A model generated the notes under the pieces. The model was not told the DNA's origin, ran no database searches, and saw only the letters and a program-made list of their open reading frames with translations. A DNA stretch of 22,391 nt from the NCBI GenBank assembly GCA_050261115.1, contig JBLNCY010000027.1:1-22391 (forward strand), read 5' to 3'. This DNA comes from Methanocella sp. (GTDB lineage: Archaea; Thermoproteota; Bathyarchaeia; Bathyarchaeales; Bathycorpusculaceae). Position numbers and translations under genes: made by a program. Positions 8,530 to 16,171 of the stretch are shown piece by piece (the stretch's first letter is position 1; every line of letters starts with the position of its first letter).

Positions 8530-9456
8530 CTGGCGGATGGTAAGTGTGGAAGTCAAAATTTTTCTAATTCAAAGTCAAAAGTCAAATTTGACTTTACTAC
8601 CGTCCGCACCCGCATCATACCCATACTCAAACGAGTCCAAGTTGGCGACTACCCCGCAAAGATTGGGCGCACGTATGGCTGGAGCAAACAACACGTATCA
8701 TACTACCTAAACAAGCTCCAAAAAGCAGGCTTAGTCTGCCGAAAAAGGCGCAGCAGTGCAGTGTTTTATGAGTTGACGCTTAGAGGTCAAAATTTTCTCG
8801 GGTCATGTGAGGGCGTCCTCTTCGGGTCAGGCGTGTTCCGTCTGGAGAAGGTGCAGTATCGTTATCCTATTGTGGCTGAGGGTTTGTTGCCGTCGGATTT
8901 TCGGCGGGTTGAGATGCAGAATTGGACGGCTCTTTTGGGGTTGGAACAAGGTGTTAAGGTTAGGCATACTTCTAGAAGCTGGATTGTTCATGTGGAGACA
9001 TTGTATGGGCGTAGTCCGGGAGAGTTGTTTACACTTTCCAAGAATTTAGCCGACAGGGTAGCTAAGGGGTTGATGGTTAAGTATGGCTGCCGACTTGCTG
9101 AGGGCGAAATCTGCAGAGGGCATGAAGTAGCCATAGACGACCCAGTGGCTCAGCTGCTTAGCAGATATTTCACGGTGAGTATTCCTGGGAAAGCTCGCAT
9201 GGACCACAGCCCAGGAGAATTAGAAGGGGAGATTGATTTTACGCAAAGAGACATGGCTATAGAGTATTTGCTGATGCCTGAGCGGGTTAAGAAGCTGGAA
9301 GGCCAGCTTGCGGCTTTGAATTGTGATTTAGAAAGAATTGGCGGATGTTTGGACAAGCTGACGGCTGTTTTGGGAAAGCTGTGTGAGGGTCAAACTGAAA
9401 GCGAAACAGAAAATAGTGCACCTAAAAGCGGTGGGGAAAACGAGTATGTGGCTTAA
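8530..9456 (+). CDS. Winged-HTH domain protein with C-terminal coiled coil (308 aa, CTG start), possible replication initiator/regulator
   Basis: The frame of ORF 8761-9456 is open back to 8518. AGGAGG at 8516-8521 sits 8 nt before CTG 8530. The extension encodes RIIPILKRV...YPAKIGRTYGWSKQHVSYYLNKLQKAGLV..KRRSSAVFYELT, a complete wHTH. Confidence 0.75.
   Translation: MADGKCGSQNFSNSKSKVKFDFTTVRTRIIPILKRVQVGDYPAKIGRTYGWSKQHVSYYLNKLQKAGLVCRKRRSSAVFYELTLRGQNFLGSCEGVLFGSGVFRLEKVQYRYPIVAEGLLPSDFRRVEMQNWTALLGLEQGVKVRHTSRSWIVHVETLYGRSPGELFTLSKNLADRVAKGLMVKYGCRLAEGEICRGHEVAIDDPVAQLLSRYFTVSIPGKARMDHSPGELEGEIDFTQRDMAIEYLLMPERVKKLEGQLAALNCDLERIGGCLDKLTAVLGKLCEGQTESETENSAPKSGGENEYVA
8578..8595. repeat. 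Perfect 18-bp palindrome AAAGTCAAATTTGACTTT within a cluster of AGTCAAA repeats
   Basis: Exact self-complement; extra half-sites at 8551-8558 and 8573-8580, and GTCAAAATTTTCT at 8786-8798. Confidence 0.7.
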
Positions 9457-9635
9457 AGGCAGCAGTCTAATGGCAGTTAAAACCTGTTCAAAAGCACTTT
9501 TAGCACGATACCTTAGGCATGGGAAAAGTCCATGCTTTTTACAAGTTGCGTTTCTGTGGTTGCTTGGTCCTGATTACCCAGTGTCAATTTTGCCCTGTGT
9601 TGATGGAGCAGAAAACATGGAGTGAGCATTCTGGC

Positions 9636-10097
9636 ATGGAGACAAGCGAAAAACCTGTTCAGAAACCCAAAAAGAAGCGCACCCAAAGCGACAAAATAGA
9701 CCGCCTAAAGTATAACCAGCAGCTCCTTAAACAAACGCTAGCCGAAACACAGGAAATCAAGCTAATGCTTCGCACTATTTTCGCTGGGTTGAAGGGTTCC
9801 TTCAATTTTGAGCAGCCATTAATCGAGCATATAGCTTGCAGGGATGAAGTGGACCGGGAGATTTTACAGTTGCTCTATGAGGCTGGGTCATCAGGTTTAC
9901 TGCCAAAAGACCTAGCGATTAAATTAGCGCAGTTTAAAGTTACTCGGCATCAAATAAGTCGAAGAATTATCAGAATGAATAAACGTTTGGAAAAAGGGAT
10001 CGGTGAACAAATAGCTGAGAAACATGGATGGCATTGGGCATTAACGAGTTTTGCTGCAGGTGCTTGGAATGAAACAGGTCAAGCGACAAAAAGCTAA
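9636..10097 (+). CDS. Protein with N-terminal coiled coil and C-terminal winged-HTH-like domain (153 aa)
   Basis: ATG 9636 after GGAGTGAG; DREILQLLYEAG..GLLPKDLA...VTRHQISRRIIRMNKRL...EKHGWHWALT. Upstream starts (9519, 9603) are possible. Confidence 0.65.
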   Translation: METSEKPVQKPKKKRTQSDKIDRLKYNQQLLKQTLAETQEIKLMLRTIFAGLKGSFNFEQPLIEHIACRDEVDREILQLLYEAGSSGLLPKDLAIKLAQFKVTRHQISRRIIRMNKRLEKGIGEQIAEKHGWHWALTSFAAGAWNETGQATKS

Positions 10098-10138
10098 GTG
10101 TATAGCCAAGTGAACAAAAGAATGCCTACGGTACTGCA

Positions 10139-10455
10139 TTATGCTGTAGCTTCTCTTGATTGTACAATACCTCTTTTTAGTGCTAAAAGATAAAGAACTG
10201 TGCACACGCCGCAATAGCTGCAGCCTTCAGTGCAGACAAACCCTCAAGACCCGCAACAGAGCCGCCACCAAGTGTGCTAAAGAAAGTTAGTCCACTAATG
10301 ATTGCCGCATCTACAAGCGCATCTACCCAATCAAACTTTTTCAGTTGGATATTCGATATACTGTTTGCACAATAGATGATCAAGCCTTTAACAGTTAGTC
10401 TAGGGACATATTTTCTCCCTTTTAAGTGATTTGTACACTTCTTAACTATAGACAC
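10139..10455 (-). pseudogene. Holin-like small membrane protein with a probable 1-bp deletion near the 3' end
   Basis: GTG start with AGAGGAG RBS and two TM segments. The ORF stops mid-helix at ...QFFIF*; one extra T in the T4 run (~10185-10188) gives ...QFFIFLALKRGIVQSREATA* (105 aa) with a basic tail. The holin call rests on size, topology and position. Confidence 0.5.
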
Positions 10456-10519
10456 CCATTTACTCCTCTTTCAACAGCGGTATTATAAAAAAAGAAAAAA
10501 GAAAATGTTTGTTTCCATT

Positions 10520-10705
10520 TTAGGTTTTGCTTGTCTTTTCTTGTTTAGATTTCAGATCAGCATTCTCTTTCTTTAGAGCGACGTTTTCTTCCATCATTGT
10601 ATTCATCACAGCGTTGAGTTGCATCATCATATCATTTATGCGTAAGTTTAACAGGCCGATTTGTTGCATGAAAGACGTAGCTTCTGGGCTTTTATGTTCA
10701 GTCAA
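10520..10705 (-). CDS. 61-aa coiled-coil protein
   Basis: TTG start with AGGTGA RBS; heptad pattern LNLRINDMMMQLNAVMNTMMEENVALKKENADLK; T-rich tract after the stop. Confidence 0.7.
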   Translation of the reverse strand: MTEHKSPEATSFMQQIGLLNLRINDMMMQLNAVMNTMMEENVALKKENADLKSKQEKTSKT

Positions 10706-10739
10706 TTCGGAGTCACCTGTATTTTTGATTGCGATTGTG

Positions 10740-11837
10740 TTAAGCTGCTGCTTGGTCTTTGAGTTGATTTTCTAGCGTTTCTATGCGGTGTACGAGTGCT
10801 TTAATGCAACCTAGTAGAAAGCCTGTTGTTTTGCCGTTGTCAAAGAAGGGCTCTTTTGACTCCGCCTTAAGGAAGGGCAGTGACTCAGGGTCGATTACTT
10901 CTTTTTCGATGCCTTCTTCTGTTATTGTCATTGTTTTGTAATTCTTTGCTAAGGTTAAGTCGTCATATGCGTCAAACGTACTGATGTTCTTATAGCGCAA
11001 ATAGTTAGTCCACATACTTCCCCAATATTGAGTGTTGGTTCCAATGTTACCCTGATTTGCGGATGATGGTAGGATGTTGCCGTTGTTGATTTGAAGGGTG
11101 CCGTTATTGCCGAACATGTATTTTTCGGTTGAGCCAAAGTTGATTCTTAGGTTGTGGTAGGATGCTAACTGTATGCTTTCATAGGGTCAACTTAAGCTGC
11201 CGAAGGGTGCACAGCCAATGGCAACTCCGTTGCCGACCACACCATCTGAACCGGTGATTCTTCCATTAGCACCTATAGTAGTTCCTACAGCTAAGGCGTT
11301 GCTCCAAAGGTTCTGTTCAACAATTAAGCCGCCAGCACTGGGCGTCTGCACTCGTATGCTGTTAACATCGCGATACAATCTAGCGTTGATGTCATTGAAA
11401 TTTACTGCTCCATTTGCAGTCAAATCCCTGAGTTTCATATTTGCAAGCACACTATCGATGGTATTAGGGGGAAGTGAAGACCCGGCAGTTATGTATAGCG
11501 TATTAAATCCTGGATCGGTCAAGTTAATTCGTGGAGGGTCAGCAGGAGGATTCCAAGTTTCACTTCTTTGAAAACCATGACCTATTTGTACGCATCCTCC
11601 GCCCGTACCATAGTCTACACTGGGATTGCTAGCGGTCATAAAAGCACCACCATAAGCTGCAACGTCTTTTCGGCAGAATATTCCATTGCTTATTTCTACA
11701 AGTCCTCTAGCATATGGAAGAGGGTCGCCGGTAATAGGATGATTACTAAGGCATACAAAGTTAACCCAATGTTGCGGATTGATTAGTGCATCTTGTAGCT
11801 TTAACTGATCGGGTGCAACAATAACTACATCGGCCAT
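10740..11837 (-). pseudogene. Tail-fibre/spike-like protein with C-terminal chaperone-like coiled coil, interrupted by one in-frame TGA (11187-11189)
   Basis: ORFs 11187-11837 and 10740-11117 are in the same frame and joined by the open linker SLS*PYESIQLASYHNLRINFGSTEKYM. GNILPSSANQGNIGTNTQYW resembles fibre repeats; LLGCIKALVHRIETLENQL resembles the end of S74-type intramolecular chaperones; GGAGGTGA RBS. Confidence 0.65.
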
Positions 11838-11983
11838 GCTCTCACCTCCAAGATATTTATGACATTGTTTCCGATTGTTTCAGGCGAAACCTCGAAGCTC
11901 ATAGCTTGTTTGGAATCACCATTTGGTTGGAACTGATCAGTCCCATTGTTCCTTTTTTCTTTTTCAGGGTTTTGGTCTTTCAT
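11825..11983 (-). CDS. Possible 52-aa hydrophilic leader ORF (MKDQNPEKEKRNNG...EVRAWPM)
   Basis: ATG 11983; overlaps the fibre gene start and contains its RBS; below the ORF-track cutoff. Confidence 0.4.
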   Translation of the reverse strand: MKDQNPEKEKRNNGTDQFQPNGDSKQAMSFEVSPETIGNNVINILEVRAWPM

Positions 11984-12036
11984 TTTTTATCCCTGACTAT
12001 AACTTCGCTTGTTTTAGATTTAAGATAAGAAGACCT

Positions 12037-12095
12037 GTTACGGTAAGTGGGTAACCGACTTATAGTAAGTGGGTAACCCAGTTACGGTAAGTGGG
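12037..12095. repeat. 22-bp tandem repeat, ~2.7 copies (iteron-like)
   Basis: GTTACGGTAAGTGGGTAACCGA / CTTATAGTAAGTGGGTAACCCA / GTTACGGTAAGTGGG. Confidence 0.85.
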
Positions 12096-12179
12096 AGGTA
12101 AGTAAAAGTGAACGTTTTTATGGAAAAGCCAGTGAAAGTAAACAGCTTTTCACCTATAAACGACTTGATACTCACATGT

Positions 12180-12510
12180 ATGAGGCTGCACAGCCATAAT
12201 TCTAAACAAGGATCAAAAGCAGTACCTTAAGGCGAGCACAAACCAATAACACAATATGATTTATCCAAAGAATTAGCGCCATCCTGATTGCAGCAGAAGG
12301 AAAGAACAGCCACAAATAACAAAAAAGGTTTGCCAAGTCGTATTAGCGGTATTGCATTGGCGAACGGTTATCCAAATAGGAAACGACAGGTTAAAAGACT
12401 GCCCAGACAAGGATAGCCAGCTAAATATGCACGTGCCAACAGACTCAAAATAGTAGGTCGTATGCCGGCCGATCAATCAAAACCCATTGGACTCTTAGAG
12501 GAGCTATAGC
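12180..12510 (+). pseudogene. Highly degenerate IS630-family transposase N-terminal relic
   Basis: Stitching frames gives AIILNKDQKQYLK...QRISAILIAAEGK...QITKKV...AVLHWR...DRLKD/LPRQG*PAKYARANRLKIV...CRP...THWTLR, following the IS630 HTH-region order (RARIILLAAEG, WR, L.D.PRSGRP, HW(S/T)LR). Many frameshifts and stops. Confidence 0.55.
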
Positions 12511-12689
12511 CAATTGGCTGAATGAACCTTGATCTGGAGAGCTTCCTTTTAATTCAGGCAAAGGTTGGGTAGTGGCCCAGTGTAGAATAGTTATTGCTCA
12601 ACACCACCCTTTCATGTTTAAAAGCGGCCTAAATTATGTTTTTCCGAGTTAACTATCTTAAACTGGCACACTACCAAAGGTTGTTGGAA

Positions 12690-13493
12690 TTATGATTGTT
12701 TCTTTATTGTTGCTTTGTGCTTAACAATAATTATAATAACCGCAAGCAATAGAGCTATAACGCCTAGCGCGGTAAACAAGCTAATTTCCATCCAGTCTGA
12801 GCTTGGTTGAGTTACGGCAGATTGTGCGCCTGATTGATTAGATACCGAGTTTTCATTTGGGCTTGGTTGAGTCTGCTGTTGAACTTCACTATTTGAAGCT
12901 ATAGTAATAGTTTGAGTGTTGCTCCAATCGCTTGTTTCACCATCAAAGACCCATGGAAACATATCCAATTGGTTTGTTGCATTGGGATCATAACCTCTAT
13001 GGGTAAACCCTATGAGAGCTTGAACTTGGAAATCCACTTGACCGCCTGGAATATTCCTGATTATGGGGCGATCAGCATGTTCGCCTATGGTGTAGGACAC
13101 AACCGTGTAGGCAGAGTTTGATCTCTTTATAAAGCCGGTATCTGGACTGTAAAGTTGTCCCCACTCGTCTTCAAAGTGCCCCTTCATGCGGATATTGTAA
13201 TAGAATGTAGCAGTTCCATTACTATCAGTATACGGTACATATGGTTGATTAGTAATAGTTATTTCAATAGTTTTATTTTCGACACGGTATCCAGGATGCA
13301 TTAAACTTTGCCCAGTATACGGGTCTATCGAATATGTTGTGGGTACATCATACGAATTATCCACCAACCTCACGGTAAATTCTGGTACAGACGGCTTAGG
13401 TATCGCCGCAAAAGAGGGTTTAAACACTACTAAGCTCGAAATAGCTAATATAACGATAAGCGTCAAGGCATAGCTTTTACGCATAGTTACCAT
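12690..13493 (-). CDS. Secreted membrane-anchored 'IPKPSVPEF'-family protein (267 aa), paralogue of 4353-5183
   Basis: Signal peptide, AIPKPSVPEF..SYDVP..DPYTG, YYNIRMKGHF, VDFQVQALIG, GETSDWSNTQTIT, C-terminal TM helix. Confidence 0.8.
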   Translation of the reverse strand: MVTMRKSYALTLIVILAISSLVVFKPSFAAIPKPSVPEFTVRLVDNSYDVPTTYSIDPYTGQSLMHPGYRVENKTIEITITNQPYVPYTDSNGTATFYYNIRMKGHFEDEWGQLYSPDTGFIKRSNSAYTVVSYTIGEHADRPIIRNIPGGQVDFQVQALIGFTHRGYDPNATNQLDMFPWVFDGETSDWSNTQTITIASNSEVQQQTQPSPNENSVSNQSGAQSAVTQPSSDWMEISLFTALGVIALLLAVIIIIVKHKATIKKQS

Positions 13494-13648
13494 CTATTAA
13501 TACTCTGTAAGCCTCTTGTAAAGTTTACTATAAGTTAGGTATAAGCTCACTGTAATCCTTATCGCTAATAATATCATTTCTGTGATCTTCATCGACTTTC
13601 AACAGTATTTAGCAAGCAATAAGGCATGCAGATCTTATTTAAGTTAGA

Positions 13649-13984
13649 TCATTCAGGTTTTTTTCTCTCTCGGTTTTTATCCCTCTCCTTGCCACTATTA
13701 AGTAATTTTAGTGCCTGAATCACAAGACCCGTGTTGGGGTTTTCTTTGTTAAGCTTAATGATACGCATCCGACCAGTACGCTGATCGATAATTATGTTTT
13801 CCTTCTGCAGGATTTGCAGTTCAGCGTTTGTCTGCGGATACTTCCCTCGAATGCTCAGGATTAGCTGCATTATGTTGGTTGAACCATTCTCAGCTATGTA
13901 CTTGATTATTTTTCGCCTGCAAGAAGAAGACAACAACTCTTCCAAATCCATAGGTATGTCACTTCCGTAGGGATTTACTGTCAT
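13649..13984 (-). CDS. ArsR-like winged-HTH transcription regulator
   Basis: LLSSSCRRKIIKYI...TNIMQLI...YPQTNAELQILQKENII..QRTGRMRIIKLN; alternative start ATG 13951. Confidence 0.75.
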   Translation of the reverse strand: MTVNPYGSDIPMDLEELLSSSCRRKIIKYIAENGSTNIMQLILSIRGKYPQTNAELQILQKENIIIDQRTGRMRIIKLNKENPNTGLVIQALKLLNSGKERDKNRERKKPE

Positions 13985-14214
13985 AGGGATTTTTACATAT
14001 AAATCCCTTAGTTGAAACTGTCTTTTGGATAAAGGGAGGGGTGAGTGAAAGTAAACACTAAGTTAAAAGCTGAAAATTTAACGCTTTTTCTGAATAATTA
14101 CATGCGTTTAAGCCCTCGATTGACTATGAGGCGTTGATTTTGACATATAAAGCTCCGTATGAACCGACATTTTTAAGCAGGAGAGGGGTAAGTGAAAGTG
14201 TTTTTCTTGCAAAG

Positions 14215-14460
14215 TCAAAGGAAAAAACTGTAGCTATCACGTTTGCCAACAATCATTGGTGAGTATAGCTCAGAAACGCTTATACCTATTCTCGATGCCC
14301 ATTCAATGTCTGATAGCGATCCAATGAGTTTATTGCAGGCATTTTTGCGTGAGCGAGTTATGCTTGGGGGGTCGCTGTTGATTTTTCGTGCTATGCGGTA
14401 ATCGCTTAGTCCTTGTTGGGCGAGTTGTATGATTGTGCGTTCTTTTTCTGTTAGGTTCAT
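14215..14460 (-). CDS. Small LuxR/sigma-region-4-type HTH protein (81 aa), divergent from the capsid operon
   Basis: LTEKERTIIQLAQQGLSDYRIARKI...SITRSRKNACNKL follows the LuxR C-terminal HTH pattern. Confidence 0.75.
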   Translation of the reverse strand: MNLTEKERTIIQLAQQGLSDYRIARKINSDPPSITRSRKNACNKLIGSLSDIEWASRIGISVSELYSPMIVGKRDSYSFFL

Positions 14461-14498
14461 CTTAAGGCTTATTCAGCTAATCATTGCCCTAAATAGGT

Positions 14499-14530
14499 TA
14501 TTATCGTAAATGCGCTAATAAGCTATTTCA
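14499..14530 (+). promoter_or_regulatory. Bipartite promoter motif of the head operon
   Basis: TATTATCGT-aaatgc-GCT-aat-AAGCTATTTca; the AAGCTATTT box ends 36 nt before ATG 14565; the same layout occurs at 19612-19643. Confidence 0.65.
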
Positions 14531-14564
14531 GTTTTGACTGTGCAACGTATTTCTTGGCGTAACT

Positions 14565-15656
14565 ATGTCTAAACCTGAAACAGATAAGCAAGACGGCATC
14601 CAAAAGAAATGTGAAGGCTGCAAACATGCCGTGGAGCACCTTTCGGCTGTGTTGCCTTTTAGTGTTCTTGAAAAGATGGCGGATAAGCCCCTGAAGATTC
14701 GGGGCGTAGCCATGACGGCTGGCATGAGCCGAAACTTTAACATTTACACGCCTGAAGAGCTGAATGCTTTTTCTTCAAAGCTGGCTAATGCGCCCGTCTA
14801 CATAGAGCACGTTTCAGTCGACAACGCTGTCGGAAAGGTTACCAAAACGGATTGGGATGGACACAACCTCTGGTATGAAGCAGAAATCTATGAGAGCAAT
14901 GTTGCCGACAAGATACGCAAAGGGCTAGTCCAGCACGTTAGCGTAGGTGCAGACTATGAAGCCATAGACGTTGTAGACGGCAAGGTTCCCCATGGACTAC
15001 ATAACGCAGAATTAAGCCTTGTAGCCGTTCCAGGTATTCCAGACACCAATGTTCAAGTTTTAGAGAAGCTCGTTGACACCAAAGTCACTGAAGCCCTCAA
15101 AAAAGCAGGCATTCGAGAGGCAGAATGGGACACCGAGTACATCAACAACCTGCCTGACGACTGCTTTGCCTATATCGAGGCTGGCGGTCAAAAAGATGAG
15201 CAGGGAAAAACTACGCCAAGAAGCCTCCGTCACCTACCGTACAAGAATGCTCAGGGCAACTTGGACGCTGACCATGTCCGAAACGCCCTATCACGTTTAG
15301 ACCAAACAGAAATTTCTACCGAAGCAAAAGCCCAAGCCATCAAAAAGCTGTGCTCGGCAGCAGGAGAACTCAAAATCGAAAGCGCCGTCTGTAACCTACA
15401 AGGAAACGCCGAAAACCTCCAAACCCAACTAACTGAGACACAAAGAACCCTTGAAGATTTGCGCAAGCAGTTGCCCGGTGACGGTTTACTCAAGAATCCG
15501 CCTAAAATGGTAGCGGTCTCTGAAGCCGCTCAAATGATTGAGGCAGTTTTGCCTTCGCCTATGGTTCAGCGCAGTTGGAGCTTAGGACCGCAGCGCATGT
15601 GCCAAGAACTTCGAAGAGTAGTTCAACAGCTAGAGCAGAAAGCGGGAGGCAGCTAG
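14565..15656 (+). CDS. HK97-type prohead maturation protease fused to a DUF6582-like domain and scaffold-like coiled coil
   Basis: IRGVA...SRNFNIYTPEEL, VYIEH (His), AVGKV, VSVG (Ser), ELSLVAVPG; then LPDDCFAY...RHLPY...DHVRNALSRLDQ; then a coiled coil. Confidence 0.85.
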   Translation: MSKPETDKQDGIQKKCEGCKHAVEHLSAVLPFSVLEKMADKPLKIRGVAMTAGMSRNFNIYTPEELNAFSSKLANAPVYIEHVSVDNAVGKVTKTDWDGHNLWYEAEIYESNVADKIRKGLVQHVSVGADYEAIDVVDGKVPHGLHNAELSLVAVPGIPDTNVQVLEKLVDTKVTEALKKAGIREAEWDTEYINNLPDDCFAYIEAGGQKDEQGKTTPRSLRHLPYKNAQGNLDADHVRNALSRLDQTEISTEAKAQAIKKLCSAAGELKIESAVCNLQGNAENLQTQLTETQRTLEDLRKQLPGDGLLKNPPKMVAVSEAAQMIEAVLPSPMVQRSWSLGPQRMCQELRRVVQQLEQKAGGS

Positions 15657-15737
15657 CTGTGTTTATGCTCATTTCTATGAGGGAGAGTACCAAAGGACGA
15701 ACTTTGGGAAATTCAAGAAGATTTGATTTGACTTTTT

Positions 15738-16166
15738 ATGGCTGATAAAACTGGCAAAAGCTGGATGGCTGTAGGAGAAACCGACGATCCCAATGCTGTC
15801 ATAGAGTCTTTTGAGGCAGAAGCCGCCATCACCAAAGGTTCACCCGTTTACCTGAGCTCCGATGACAAGGTGTCGTCTAGCCCAGGTGGAGACATGGCCA
15901 TAGGCGTAGCCACAAAAACTGTTGCAGTTGGTGGCATATGTTCGGTGCTAACAAAGGGCAGAATCAAAGTCACAGCAAACGGCGCCATCGCCCGTGGATA
16001 TGGCGTGTGCAGTGCAGGCAGCAACAAAGTAACACAGCTAGTAGACCAACCTGTCAACGAAGGTGGAGCAGCAACCTACACCATATTCTACAACCGCAAA
16101 CTCGGAACCGCTCTGGAATCCGCAACCGCAGACGGCGACCTCATCTTCATCGAAGTGGAGAAGTGA
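15738..16166 (+). CDS. Capsid decoration/cement protein (DUF2190-like)
   Basis: FEAEAAITKGSPV...AIGVA...G.IKVTANGAIARG...LGTALESATADGDLIFIEV; position between protease and MCP. Confidence 0.8.
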   Translation: MADKTGKSWMAVGETDDPNAVIESFEAEAAITKGSPVYLSSDDKVSSSPGGDMAIGVATKTVAVGGICSVLTKGRIKVTANGAIARGYGVCSAGSNKVTQLVDQPVNEGGAATYTIFYNRKLGTALESATADGDLIFIEVEK

Positions 16167-16171
16167 TAGCG

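Noticed and set aside
9383-9625. 80-aa ORF (or 59 aa from ATG 9446) between the two wHTH genes
   Set aside because: No clear RBS or motif and it overlaps the upstream gene; it cannot be supported, though not excluded.
11187-11189. Selenocysteine codon or alternative genetic code
   Set aside because: There is no redox-motif context, other genes end normally with TGA, and a Trp nonsense mutation is simpler.
12037-12113. Mini CRISPR array
   Set aside because: The repeats are head-to-tail with no spacers, and no cas genes are present.
10740-13493. Diversity-generating retroelement acting on the fibre or surface genes
   Set aside because: No reverse transcriptase and no near-identical TR/VR pair differing at adenines were seen in the window.
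14211-15735. Half-sites of the 8578 palindrome (AAAGTCAAA at 14211; TTTGACTTT at 15727)
   Set aside because: AT-rich 9-mers, too short to separate from chance.
15938-16171. 78-aa N-terminal extension of the MCP given in the ORF track
   Set aside because: It overlaps the decoration gene in another frame and has an atypical Arg-rich composition; GTG 16163/16172 after the upstream stop is more plausible.
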